DNA of 64,000 nt from Octopus sinensis (GCF_006345805.1 NC_043005.1:69440001-69504000), one strand, 5' to 3'; numbered from the stretch's first letter, positions 11,661 through 25,562 are shown. Made by a program: numbers and translations. Notes: a model not told the origin generated them from the sequence alone.

Positions 11661-11703
11661 ATAATAATAGATGTCAAAAAATAATAATAATAATAATAAT
11701 AAT

Positions 11704-11848
11704 AACATCGAAAATTCTTTAGGAATAAGAAGAACCCAGGTTCGAAATTTCCCCAAGGCACCTACTGAAGACTGGAGGGTATATTAGCCGAAACGTAGCG
11801 TTAACAAATCCACAAATTGAGGACAAATATCCGTCAATTGTAAATAAT
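11704..11848 (+). mobile_element. Remainder of the PLE module downstream of the Dong insertion, with a decayed hammerhead motif
   Basis: AACATCGAAAATTCTTTAGGAAT..CCCAGGTTCGAAATTTCCCCAAGGCAC aligns with the minus strand of 27345-27490. CTACTGA..AGCC-GAAAC-G at 11762-11795. Confidence 0.7.
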
Positions 11849-11915
<67 letters not shown>

Positions 11916-11944
11916 CGTATATATTTATGTATGTTTGTGTATCT

Positions 11945-12120
11945 GTGTTTGTTCCACCAATATCACTTGACAACCGATGCTGGTGTGTTTACGTCCCCTT
12001 AACTTAGCGGTTCAGCAAAAGTGACGATAGAATAAGTACTAGTCTTACAAAGAATAAGTCCTGAGTGTTATTTACTGGACCAAAGGTGGCGCTCCAATGA
12101 CTAAATAAAAGAATAAACAG
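11945..12120 (+). mobile_element. 3' half of SINE family 1
   Basis: TTGACAACCGATGCTGGTGTGTTTACGTCCC..TAGAATAAGTACT..AAAGGTGGCGCTCCA aligns with the minus strand of 31166-31350. Confidence 0.75.
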
Positions 12121-13149
12121 AATATAGACAGAGAGATAGACAGAGAGATAGATTGATAGATGGATTGATAGATATTCGTATATACCTACATACATATGTG
12201 TTTGCATTATTTAAATATTAATTTGTTGGATGAACATCGTCAAACGAAGCGCTTAACTTACATGTTCATAATACGTTTTTGTAGATTCAAAATCATCAAA
12301 TGTCCTAATTGATGATTTGTCCTTCAGTGGAGAAAAATGAAGATTCATGTCCCACATATATATTGCAAAAAAAGAAAACATAATCTAATATTTTAATGCA
12401 AAATACATTGTAAGCGTGAAGAAAAGTCACCGAACACGCACAACTTAAATAATCTGAAATTTAACAACCCTAGTATGATTGCATTTCATTACGTGGTCTA
12501 TTTAAGCCAACACCTTTACACCACCAGTATCTCTGCAATGATAAGCGAAACATTTTATTCTCTAATGAAATTAAATATTGAATTTTCTTCCGGAATTTTC
12601 AGGATGGTGTAACTTACAATCTCGGAGATTATCACATAAGATGCCTGTATATAGAACACAAGCAAAGTAAAGGAATTGATGGAAAACTGCAGAACTAATA
12701 CTACCATCGATCACATTGATATAGATCTTTCATTCCATATCATTGAGGTCGATATTGAATGTAGTCGCAAAAAACTGGAGTCTAGACGGTATTTCGATTA
12801 AAAATTCGCGGTGTCTATATAAAAGGAAATTAAAATTAAAATACAGTATTACAGCACTCTGTTTCTACTTTCAAAGCAGCGCGAGCATTGATTATTATTT
12901 ATGTGTGTCTGTGTCAATTTGCATGCGTGTACGTGTTTGAGTGAGTGAGTGTGTGCATGCAAGTATGTACGTGCTGTGTGTGGTATATACATATTACGTA
13001 TCGGCCTCAATAAATAAATGAATATATTCATATATATATATATATATACATATATATGAATATTCATATATCTATCTATCTATTTATCTATCTATCTATC
13101 AATCTATCTATCTATCTATCTGTCTCTCTCTCTATATATATATAGAGAG

Positions 13150-13225
<76 letters not shown>

Positions 13226-13894
13226 TGAAAGATAGTTAGACAGGTAGATAGATACATGTTTGTATATTTCTCTACAAGTGTTGTGAATCAATTCTATGAA
13301 TGGCCACAATTTAATGAACAAAACAAAATAATGTTTCCACTTCTCATGTGAACAATAAATTATCGAAAAATTGTCGAAATTTTTAATAATAAGGAATACA
13401 TTAGAATCGTATAAAATTGTATACTGACGCAGAGAGGCATACAGTCGACACATATATATATGAAGCGAAGTTTACAAAGAATGGGTGAGCCGTATACATT
13501 CATGTATACAAACCATCGATTATACTTGATTCGGATATTTACGGGTTTAATTCGTGGAAAATATTGTGTGAGAGCGTTTTTGTCATATTTCATGTATAAG
13601 TATTTAATTTTCTGGATAAAAAAAAAATTATTCATTAAAATTACAAACGAGGCTGGACACACAGATACACGCACAAAAGAATACAAACAAAAAAAATGCA
13701 CACATATATAATCATTGTAAAATTTTGAAAGTCTGGCTATCAAATTCGTCTTGTAATATATTGTAATCACTTGGCCAGCTGCTGGCCATGCATATTTAGT
13801 GAAACGTTTGTCTGACATTGGAAGTTTGAGTGTTTTTCTTCTCTATAAATACGTACGTACATACGTACTAATAACTAATTTGAATATTTATAAT

Positions 13895-13957
13895 AAAACC
13901 TTATATATGTAAATATGTATACATACATACACGCGTATATTTATATATATATATATA

Positions 13958-14005
<48 letters not shown>

Positions 14006-14032
14006 GTATGTATGTATATGTATATATATATA

Positions 14033-14063
<31 letters not shown>

Positions 14064-14107
14064 CGTATGTATATATGTCTGTATATGTGCGTGTATATAT
14101 ACATATG

Positions 14108-14172
<65 letters not shown>

Positions 14173-14180
14173 AGTGTGTG
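13895..14180. repeat. (TA)n/(TG)n compound microsatellite. Similar tracts at about 5680-5747, 7020-7130, 17375-17582, 26720-26870, 48720-49040, 53250-53560, 54480-54670.
   Basis: Directly visible. These produce the YIYI ORFs. Confidence 0.95.
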
Positions 14181-15082
14181 TGTAAGGAGTAAGGTGAAAT
14201 GAACAGAAGAAAGTACGTTTGCTACATATTTATGCATAAATATATGTATCTATCTATGTATGTATATGTGGATGTATGTATGCGAGAGCTTGTATACATA
14301 CATTAATACGCTGACAACATTTTGATAAATATTCATAGCGGCATAGACATTTAAAGAAAATAGCTTTTCACAAATATTAACGAATGTACTGCGGTACTTA
14401 TATTCACTCTGCCTCATATACATTGAAAGACAAGCCCAAGCATATGAACATATACTTGTGTCCGTGATGTGCTAGTGTGTATATTAGCATGTGTGAGTGT
14501 ATGTGTAAAAATTCATATTATTATTATATATATATTTCACACACACTTATATGTATGTTTGCATAAATATACAACACCTTACACAAATACATACTTATAA
14601 ATAAAATGAACAACTGTGTGACTAACGGAATAAATAAACGAGTGAATAATAATTTACAAATGAAGCGAGGAAAATCTGAATTTTACATTATGTAAGCTTC
14701 AGTTCTTTTCATTTATTAGATTTTATTGACTTTCTATACATCTCTTGTTCTAACCTATGTTCTTTCTTGTCTTGTATTGCACATTTCAGCTATTGTTTCT
14801 TAAGCCTTCTCAAAATTTCTATAGTTTTATTTGTTTATTAGTTGTGTATTTATTGAGTTGAACTTATAAAGAATTTACTTCTTCCAGCAAGTACAACAGC
14901 TCGAATTCATTTTTTAAAAATAGATCTCTCATTTGAATAAAGGTTCCCATTTCGTTCATATCCTAGACGTCGAATGCACTTGTCTCAGTGCAAAATTTCA
15001 TTTTATGTTTGTCATTATGGATATGTCACCATTCTATGAAATCCGTCTATCAAGTCAACCAATTATACTAAATTCTTTTCTA

Positions 15083-15228
15083 CTCATCATCATCATCATC
15101 ATCATTATCTACATAATCTTCATCATCATCATCATCATCATTATCTACATAATCGTCATCATCATCATCATCATCAGTATCTACATAATCTTCATCATCA
15201 TCATCATCATCATCACTATCATCATTTG
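15083..15228. repeat. Higher-order repeat: (CAT)n units separated by TATCTACATAATC, three copies
   Basis: Directly visible. Confidence 0.9.
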
Positions 15229-16381
15229 AGTCTAAAATTGGTCAAAGCAAGTGGTGTCGTTGGCGTTGAGTGAATTAGAATCATAGTCATGTGGAAGATA
15301 CGTTTACTTCTAACATTTTTTCCCGTGACCCGATTTCAACTCACGTTACTAATTAATTATAGGGACAATCTATGTTGTTTAACAACCAAAGGTTTGAATC
15401 AAAGTCAGTTTTTTGCCACACCAGTGTCTAATTTCATAACTGTAATATTCAAATTATTGTGTCCAACGTGGCGCAAAACGAGTAATGACGAATACACCCG
15501 AACATGATTCACTCTAGTGGATCGTGATAACGCTATTGTGAGCAATATAGGTTAAGTTTTTTTATATAGTCAAGTTTCATTAATTTCATATCATGTACAA
15601 TTCTTTCCAAGTTTCTCCTTCGATATCTATCGCTTTTCAAATTTTTCTTCCATATCTCACTTTTCTCTTGTCTAAAGATGGATGTTAATATGCAAACATC
15701 TTTTTCAAACTGGAATTTTTGAGAGTTGAAGAAGTGAATTTACCTTAGTTTGCCTTACATATTTGGGCCCACCTGAATTTGTTTTTGTGAGCTTAAAGAG
15801 AACGGAGATACTTTTCTGAAATAGTGTTCTTCATATGTTATCAATGTTCTAATGAATTTAAAGATTATTTGCTTAGCTGATATAGATTTCGTAAGACGGT
15901 GAATATGTGTACAATCTATACTTTTCTGAAAGGCAAGAATTACACTTTGTGCCCACAACACATCTATCATATGCATATAGCATTGTGCATATGCAAGATT
16001 CATATTTCATTTAGTATCATCTCCATATTCTCCAGGTCAAATAGTGTCTTCGCAGTGTAATCATGTGAAGTCGGAAAACATTTGCCACCTGCTTCTTGCA
16101 TTAGCGTGATGCTCCATTATGGTGACTCATTTCAATTCCACATCACCTAAAATATATGGATGCATAAAGAATTACCTTGAGTTTTCATTTCTTCAACAAG
16201 GTATTAGACCTATAGTGGATAATATAAAGGAAACCTGACCATGTTTAAAGCATTACTTTTTAATATATTTACCATCGTTACTGTCAGTACCAGTTGGCCT
16301 ATCTAACAAGCATCATTGCTACTCTCGTTTCGTTCTAGCTATGTTAGTCTTCTCTCAATTGTATCTTATAATAATTTATGC

Positions 16382-16420
<39 letters not shown>

Positions 16421-17229
16421 CGTGCCTGAAGTAAATATTCTGTTATAGGGTTGTTACATTTATTGGCATATTAATTTCATTCATCCAACAACGTACAAAT
16501 AAGTTGAATAATGGCAGTTTTTACTTCTTTTAAATGCAACACTCACAACCAGTGTACGCAACTTAATCGATAATGCGACCTGAAGTACGGCCAAATGGAA
16601 AATTCTTCCGCCGTCCTTGCCGCACCTAAGAAGATTATCCAAATCTATCACAAACCACAGCCCAATTTGGAGGCAAGTCTGGTTATAAATGAAATCTTAG
16701 AGCTAGCTATTTTGAAATTTCAGATTAATCATAGAGTAGGCACGAGTGGAACAGGATTCCTCTATTTAACTATCTAAAAGGAATGGGCAAAATATTTAAC
16801 TACAGCAACATCAATATTTGCCACGACCAGCGTCAATGTCTGTATATTTTGTTAATCCAGTAGCTACAAGCGTTTCTTGTTTTTGCTAATTTGCAGTTAT
16901 CGATTGTTACTTAGTAAGCCAGTGGATAAATATTGCTGCTTAAAAGAATTTGATAAATTTATAAATATGTTTATATTGGCTGATGAATACTAATTTGTAA
17001 AATATATATCCTTGATTGGAGTAGCTAATTCGGCAGAACAAGAAACAATATATAGTTGCGTCATTGCAAGTCCTAAAGTGTAAAGTTCTATAGTTATTAT
17101 ATACCAACAAGTTACATCTGAATAATTGGTTCCAGGGCTGTTTATTTTCATATGAATATGTTGTATGTATGTCTCTGAATGAAAATTAGTTCAGGATTGT
17201 AATGGAAATGTTTAAAAAAAAATAGAATA

Positions 17230-17372
17230 GGCGCTCGTATGGCTGCGTGTCATCAGTTTGATACTCAACATAATTTGTTCAGGTTTCCTGGCACCTTGAG
17301 TCTTCTATCACACTATTGTGTCGGGCCGACGAAGACATGTGATTTAGTCAGCGGCACCTGAACGAAACCTAT
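17230..17372 (+). mobile_element. Degenerate 5' half of SINE family 1
   Basis: TGGCACCTTGAGTCTTCTATCACAC..TCGGGCCGACGAAGACATGTG..AGCGGCACCTGAACGAAACC. The 3' end resembles the reverse of 31453-31500. Confidence 0.5.
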
Positions 17373-17384
17373 ATTTGCATATGC

Positions 17385-17462
<78 letters not shown>

Positions 17463-17542
17463 GCATGTATGTGCGCGTTTGTATATGCCTGTGTGTGTAT
17501 ATGTGTGCAAATGTGTGTATTTATACATGTATGTATATATGC

Positions 17543-17585
<43 letters not shown>

Positions 17586-20500
17586 AGTCTATACTGAAGG
17601 AATCAAGAAGAAATGTTACAATATTTCTTTAGGATACACTTAATAGTGTAATTAATTCAGCTGGATTGGAATATCCATGTCATATTTCTAACGTCAATAA
17701 AGTTTCATCCGAGGAACCGTTTCCAGGGCTGTTAGCTTCCTTGTCAAAATGCTGTACGCATGTTTCTGAATGAAAACTAATCCACGAATTTTATTAAAAA
17801 ATTCAATAAAAAAAGTACGATAGGCTGGTTTGGCTACGTGACAAGTTGCTACCCTGGTAGTATATTTTTATGTATCACATATCACAGAGAACCATCAGAT
17901 AGTAGAAGAACTAAATGTTGAAATATCTGTGATTCAGAAAAAACAGAACATTGGTGGTTAATCGTGATATTAATTTATACACAAAATAACTGCAGACAGT
18001 CTTAGAAACGTGTACATTAAGATGCTCTACATGTGAAAATTTAACAGTACCAGTTTTGTAGATACGTCGGTGCAAAACATAAAGCATTCGTTCATATATT
18101 CTTTCCCACCTAATAATCAAATTCTAAATTGGTTATTAAGAGATGTTATCGAAACTTCAGTGGTAATGCTTAGTAGGTTTCCTTGCAATTTTGATGTGGA
18201 TCCTTCTGAATATTTTCATCTTTGCAAATTGGTTCGAGCACACATTCTTACCAATCAATACATACTGATTGGAAAATTCAAACTGTAACTCGACGTTTGT
18301 TAAGTCTACGTACCATAACACACATTGTATATTCAACCAATTTATTTATGCACGAAATATTCAAGGAAAAAAAAGCTGATATAAATGTTATAGGAATTCA
18401 TTTCTCACTCTCTCTCTCTCTCTCTCTCTGTCTATCTTTCTGTGCGCACCTAAACACACACACGCACGCACACACACACAGGCACGCAGACACAAGCACA
18501 TACACACACACACACATACATATATATATGTAAATCTTTTTTATCTATCTATCGTATTTAGCTGCCCATTTACGAACATTGTATGTGTATTTATGCATAT
18601 GAAAGTTGTTACTGAAATATATATCATAATATCTGTTTATTGACATTTTAAGAAGCCGATGACCATGTAGTTCTAATGCCACAATTTCACAGACCGATAC
18701 ATCGACACAAACAAAAACAAACACACACTCACACACACCAAGACACACAATCACACACATGCACACACACGCCCGCACGTACACACATATGTAATCATAT
18801 TTTCTTCCAGTTTTTCTATATTTTAATCACTCTTCTCTTTATATATGTATATATATATATACATACACATATGTATACATGTGTGTGTGTGTGCGTGTAT
18901 GTGTGCATGAGAATGCGTGTGTATAAACAGAGAGAGAGAGAGCGAGAGAGAATAAGGCGCAGGATAATTTTATAACCTTAATTTTCAAAATTCTTCGTTC
19001 CTTTAGATATTTGATGGTAACATTTATGTAATTTTATTCTGTCGTAAAGAAATATATTTTATTCTGTGGTATTATATTCTGCAGCACGCAGACACACGTG
19101 CAAACAATCTCTCGCATGCATGTATATATGCTTATAGATATGAACTGACTTTGATATTCGTGTTTGCTAAGGTACGTTATTCAATCAATATGCACATTGA
19201 GTTGTATATAGGCTTTCGATATATTGAACAGTGAATTTCGATATGGATCGATTTTGTGGTAGATAATACAATCAGGCCTAAATATGATATACCTAAAATG
19301 AAAATTTCTCTAATGAAAAATCGAAACAAACTAACAAATATAAACATCTAGAAACATACAAACAATACAATTAACAGTCGATTTGAGGGAACTAGATTCA
19401 AAGACATATACATGCAATGCAGATGCACGAAAATATGAAAAGCCATTCGTAAAGGAGAAAAATTATAGACAAAAAAAATAGGAAATATCAACAGTATTAT
19501 CAAAGAGTAAACAAGTTATATGGTTACTTCATTAGCAGATCTTTATTTGTTTGTCTAATTAACTCATCGCTAATTTCAGATTCACATGTAGAATTTTGTT
19601 TTTGTATGCGTTGAAAGTATGAAAGCATAGGAAGGTGAATATTTGTTTATGCTATCGTATGTTTTGTTTGATAATATTCTGAAATTGATGGCGGACTTCT
19701 GAACTGCTCTGAGGTAAACGCAACGCCATGAGTGTGGTTTTTTTTTTTAAATCTAAGAATTTCAATTTGTATTTCAGATATTCAGTTTCAAATATGGTAA
19801 ATGAATATCAGGAATAATGAGGTGTGAGCGTCGCTGGTGATTATTACCCCGACGACGACACGCTGTTGTCGTCGCCGATGCCGACGCAGCTGATGACAAC
19901 GACCATGATGATATCATCATTGTCGTTCATGATGATGTTGACGATGACGATTCAATCTTTGACAACAAAGAGCAATCTGAGGATGATGATGAAGAAAATG
20001 GTATAGGCTGATTGGGTTTTAATGAAGGGGGTGTATTTTTAGGATTATTACTTAGAGATTGCCACGGAATAATGACGGCGTTGCTAATGTGGAGCGTACG
20101 CGATGAAATGATATTCGATGAGAGTCTTTATAATGAGAGTTATAATACTAAAGTTACGCGTAACTTCCGATTATATGATGCTGAAGCACGTAATTATAAA
20201 AGTAGGACTATTGAGCCCACAAACACCAATGGTAGTATCTAACGTACAGCTATTGGCTCTCAGGGCCAGAATAGTGAATTGAAGATAACTTTAATAAGGA
20301 TAGAGATGTTAATTTTAGTTTATCGCCTGTTGTGTATTCCAAAGAATTATAGTCATTCAGTCTTGGTTGCGTTTTTATAGTGAAATGCATTAATACTTAT
20401 TGCTGCTACATTATAAATCAATGAATACCACGTTCCATTGTAAATTTCTTTTTTACCTTGCATGTACATCATTTGAGGAGTTATACAATGAATGCGGGTG

Positions 20501-20730
20501 TTTTACTTGCCAAGTAATGCAACAGCAGCAGGAATGCTCTTTGTAATTTGTAAACTAAAGATTTGTTGAGCCGAATCACCCTTGCGACCGGTAGTGATTC
20601 TTGGGTATGTTTATGCTTTCAGTAATAGAACATCAATAATCCATTGGTGTAACTAACAACTTCAGTGGAACTCAGATATAAACGTTTTGTTCCTTTAGTA
20701 ATAACATTACTCCTTATCATATTTTCCAAT

Positions 20731-20946
20731 ATTGATTTCTAATTTTGGCACACGGCAAGCAATTTCAGGGGAAGGCATAAGTCGATTATATTGAGATCAG
20801 TACTCAGGTGGTACATATTTTATCGACCCTGAATGTATGAAAGGCAAAGTTGACCACGGCGGAATTTGAACTCAGATCGAGAAAATAGATGAAAGACCGC
20901 TCAGCATTCGCCCCATCATGATAATGATTCTTCCTGCTTGCTGTCT
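20731..20946 (-). mobile_element. SINE family 2, diverged
   Basis: Reverse-collinear with 21047-21276 and 21790-21994 (CGGCGGAATTTGAACTCAG, ATGAAAGGCAAAGTTGACC). Confidence 0.8.
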
Positions 20947-21046
20947 TTTTTTTTTTATCAAATATTATACGTTATAATTTGACATTTTCGTAGTATACGC
21001 GAAAAAAATGAAATAAAACCATGCAAATATATTGATTGACATATAA

Positions 21047-21276
21047 GGCGGCGAGCTGGCAGAAACGTTAGCACGTCGGGCGAAATGCGTAGTCGTATTT
21101 TGTCTACCGTTACGTTCTGAGTTCAAATTCCGTCGAGGTTGACTTTACCTTTCATCCTTTCGGGGTCGATAAATAAAATACCAGTTACGCACTGGGGTCG
21201 ATGTAATCGACTTAATCCGTTTGTCTGTCCTTGTTTGTCCCCTCTGTGTTTAGCCCCTTGTGGGTAGTAAAGAAAT
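21047..21276 (+). mobile_element. Full-length tRNA-derived SINE (family 2) with 19-bp TSD
   Basis: Head GGCGGCGAGCTGGCAGAAACG, B-box GAGTTCAAATTCC. ATATATTGATTGACATATA is duplicated at 21027-21045 and 21277-21295. Confidence 0.92.
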
Positions 21277-21596
21277 ATATATTGATTGACATATATTTCG
21301 ATTTCGCTTTTCTCACAATCCACTCATTTAGTTTATTATCAGTAGATTAATTACTGCTTGTTACATGACGAACAACTTAAGCGCTCAGTAATTCTGTTTT
21401 ATTTTGCCAGGCAGTGTACACACCTATGCATCAAATTAACTCATATATTTCAGCAAACATATAATTTATACCAAAGTAGATATTGACTATTATTGCTCTT
21501 CCTGGCGCAACACATTAATGTTCTATAACTTATGCATCCTATAACTCAACATCGTGTAGTTAATATGTTTAGTTATAAAATACACACTGAATCTAA

Positions 21597-21994
21597 GGCG
21601 GCGAGCTGGCAGAAACGTTGGCTACGTTCTATGTTCAAATTCCGCCGAGGTCAACTTTGCCTTTCATCCTTTCGGGGCCGATTAAATAAGTACCAGTTAC
21701 ACACTGGGGTCGATATATTCGACTTAATCCGTTTGTCTGTCCTTGCTTGTCCCCTAGGTGTGTAGCCCCTTGTGGGCAGCAAAGAAATAAGAAACGTTAG
21801 CACACGGGGTGAAATGCTTAACGGTATTTCGCCTGTCTTTATGTTCTGAGTTCAAATTCCGCCGAAGTGGACTCTGCCTTTCATCCTTTCAGGATCGATA
21901 TATTAAGTACCAGTTGCGCACTGGGGTCGATATAATTGACTGGCGCCCGACGCCCAAGAAACTACGGGCCTTGTGCCTAGTGTACAAAAGAATA
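21597..21994 (+). mobile_element. Nested family 2 SINEs: a 5'-truncated copy (21620-21789) inside another copy
   Basis: The outer head is interrupted after AGAAACGTT (21611-21619), which is repeated at 21790-21798 where the outer body resumes. Confidence 0.8.
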
Positions 21995-22269
21995 CACAGC
22001 GAATCTCACGCTATAACTGCAGCATTAAAGAACTTCTGAGAGTTTTCAGAAACATTCACAAACTCTGCACAATTGTTGTGTGATCTGAAAAATCGCTTTG
22101 CAAAAATGGAATTTTGGGTACAGTCCCACCGCGCAGCATGTCTGTCTTTTGTTTACTGCGGTAATAATAGACTGACTAACGTCTAAAGCATGAATTTGTT
22201 GATTGGAAACTGTGTTGAAAGAAATCGGAATGACATGCATGTATGCGTGTTTGTTTGTTTTAATGTGTG

Positions 22270-22460
22270 TGTGTGTGTGTGTGTCCGCCACCAGTCGACG
22301 AATGGTATTGATTTGTTTACGTTCCCATAATTCAGCGGTTCGACAACAGAGCAATAGAAAACTCTCGGATTTTTAAAAGTAAGTACTATGGACAATTTCT
22401 TTCCCTTAACCTGCCAAGGTAGGGCTCTAGGATGGTTGTAGGCTAATGACGGCAGCAAGT
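22270..22460 (+). mobile_element. Degenerate 3' half of SINE family 1
   Basis: (GT)n then TTTGTTTACGTTCCCATAATTCAGCGGTTCGACAACAGAGCAATAGAA, similar to 11945-12120. Confidence 0.5.
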
Positions 22461-23013
22461 AATAAAGAATTAAATAAATAAATGAATAAAATAAAACATA
22501 ATTTCCAATTCACTTAATCTTCTCTGTTGAGACATGATTGTTTTTTCTCTTTACGAATAAAAGTATGTTCGCAAAATTTAGAGAAGCTCTATTATAAGTA
22601 TTTATACTCCGCCAACAAAATGGACACGTATATTTCAGGGAGAGAAGAACGCATAGAACTATCTTGATATTAAATTTATTTTATACACAGTTCTGTGCAC
22701 TATGTGTTGCATCTGGTGTCATTGCATCTTTCCACTCCAAAAGGCAGCGGCGCATCATGAAGATGAAACAGTTGTTGTGGTAATAGCAATGTTTTTCTTG
22801 CTACGTTCCGTCTTCTCTTTTTATCTTTAACATATACCCAACGTTCTCCCGGGAATTCCTCGAATTATTACAACGATGTTTGTTTAGGTATCGTTAAAGA
22901 TGCCTGATAACCATAAGTGGTGAATGTGCTCCGCGGACACACGACCCGGAACTTAGTCTGAAATAAGGTTTCGATACTGTGTTTAACACGTATCTTATAA
23001 CCTTAATTCTTTA

Positions 23014-23075
<62 letters not shown>

Positions 23076-25562
23076 TGCATATTCATACAAAAGCTATACT
23101 CATCTATAAGTTTCCTAGCGTGTTTAATATTATTTTTTCATAAATGCTGCTAGATGAAACTCGTATAATGTGTCTCAATGATGTCATATATAAGAGAAGC
23201 TTGTGTCATAAATTGTTGTTTTAAAAGAGTAAAAAGGAAATTGTCTTAAATGAAGTTACTGCGAACTACGTACGCGAAACACGTTTTAAACCTCACGGAC
23301 TCGACCCATGATATCTATAAAATTTCAAAATATTTTCACATTATTTTAGTGAGAGAAATACAGAAAGGGAGAGTGAAAGTCATTGAGCACAATGTTTAGA
23401 TGAATTTGCTTAGACAATTTTTAGTTTTAATGTAGCAGGCATATTAGTACACCGAGCTGATGGTTCTATTATGTACTAATTTTTTCAGTCTAAGGTTTGA
23501 TGGATAGACTCCTATACGATGTAGCGTTAGGATATTTGGGCAGAAGAAAATCATATCAGACAGTGTGGAGACAAACGGTGATCAACTATACATCGTAGAT
23601 ATAATTTCAAACAACTGAATATCTAGGACAATATTCTATTAAACGCCTTACATATTTACGTCAGTGTATATCATATCTATAAGTGTAGATTCGGATATGT
23701 TGTGTAGCTCTGCCTGTTTCATATATGTAGAATTATACATTAGTGATTTAGGAACACATACAAAACCCTTCTAAAGTAACAGACAACTGCATACACACAA
23801 GAATACATGTAGTAATGTAAATATTAAGTATCTCTCTTCATGTAATTATTAATGTAAGCATGTATGTAGGAAAGTATGTATATATGTATGTGTGTATGTG
23901 TGCAGATAGAGGTAGGTAGATATCTATAAATATATATAAAATTATATATTCATATCATAGAACATTACAAAAATATTTAAATGTGATATGTGCACGGATC
24001 AAACGGTAAAACATTTAGCATTCTTTGTTCTTTAAATCGTACTCCTTGAAATCACATTGCATGAAATTAATGAACGTTTATAAACGAAATATTTCCATAA
24101 TAATTCCTTACTTTATATAGTTATTCTCATACAATGACTTGTGATACATTTCTTCCTTTGTAACAAACATGTTTTCTATTTTTTCTTTACTTCTATAGTT
24201 TGTGAGTAGCTGCAATATGTTTTCAGTCTTAGATATAATATTTACATAATATTTATGGTTTTCGTTTACTGTCTGTTCAGCATTCTGTAATTTTTGAATT
24301 TGTCAGCTATTTTATCTGATAAGGCGAGGTTTGCCATTCTCGCTTTACTATCATAATCATAATCGATATTCCTTATCATCATCGAAATTATCTTATTACC
24401 ATAACCACATTCATTATCATCTCCATCGTCAGCGTCAAACTCAGTAACGTCATTACTACAGACGTCTTCACAGTTGTCGTCGCTGTCGCCTTCATCTTCA
24501 TCATCTTTATTCCATCCTCAACCATAATAGTGAATACAAAGTGCAGAAATCTACAAATTTTACACTATTTTGCAACTCTGTCAGCCATCAATGATTAAAT
24601 AAGGCATAACAGAAAATATAAAACCACAAAAAATGTTTAAAACCTAAATGACGAAACTGTTTCGAAAGCAATTCCCATCACCAAAGAAATACAAAACAAA
24701 TAGCTTGTCATTATATTATATTGTGGTTATTTTTCCCATTAATTTTCAAGTGTTTTTCATACTTTGCACCACTTACATTATAGACACAAAACAAACACAA
24801 AGAGAATATATCAAACGAAGGAAAATATTTACTTAAACAATCGCGCTAGACGTATTACAAGAGAAGTAATCTGAAATGGAAAGGATGAAAATTTTGGTAA
24901 AAATGATTTACGTTAATTATTATATGGGAAAAAAATTATATATAATTAATTGCAAAAGATATTGATTTTTACCTTCAGGTTATGATAGAAAGCAGATAGA
25001 ATATCAACAACTATTTAAAGTGGAATCGATATAATCAAAATGTGGTTAAAATTTACTCTGTCAATCGATTTGAACGACAAAAAAAAAAGAAAAAAAATGA
25101 AGTTTCAATGGTTTACACGGATGGTGACGCTTCCTTCATCGAAAAATATTGACAACTAACCATTAAATGACATTTATGCAGGTGAATATGGGCTACCTGG
25201 AGACTAGCCGGGATAAATAACTATAATAAAGAAAAGATCAACATTGAAGATATTATTTGAGAAGTATCATATGCAAAGTATACTATTTCAGATTTCGAGA
25301 GTAGTACAAGGATACATCCCATGTTTTGTATAACGTACTTATAGTTAACACTAAATAAATGTATTGTGATGGCGCTTATGTTTGTGTGTGTGAAAAGGCG
25401 TGTGTTAGTGAAAATAAATGTATATATCATGTGTGTGTGTTTGTGTGCGTGCGCGGAAATGTGTGTGCATGACCAGCTTAGTTTTGATATAGTTCGGGAA
25501 AATTTTAAGACTATTGTAAAAAGAGATATTGAAAACTATTAAAAAATTCATTTTATATATAT

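Noticed and set aside
19681-19800. Possible exon pair (donor at 19714, 19-nt micro-exon 19778-19796)
   Set aside because: The splice-like signals exist, but the upstream frame has a stop and no acceptor, and the peptide is unrecognisable. It would need RNA-seq.
20151-20166. Perfect 16-bp palindrome AAGTTACGCGTAACTT (and a similar one at 59191-59205)
   Set aside because: A couple of palindromes of this length are expected by chance in 64 kb of AT-rich DNA.
19824-20242. Asp-rich reading frame and adjacent short ORFs
   Set aside because: Consistent with a decayed (GAT)n repeat, with no start or splice context.
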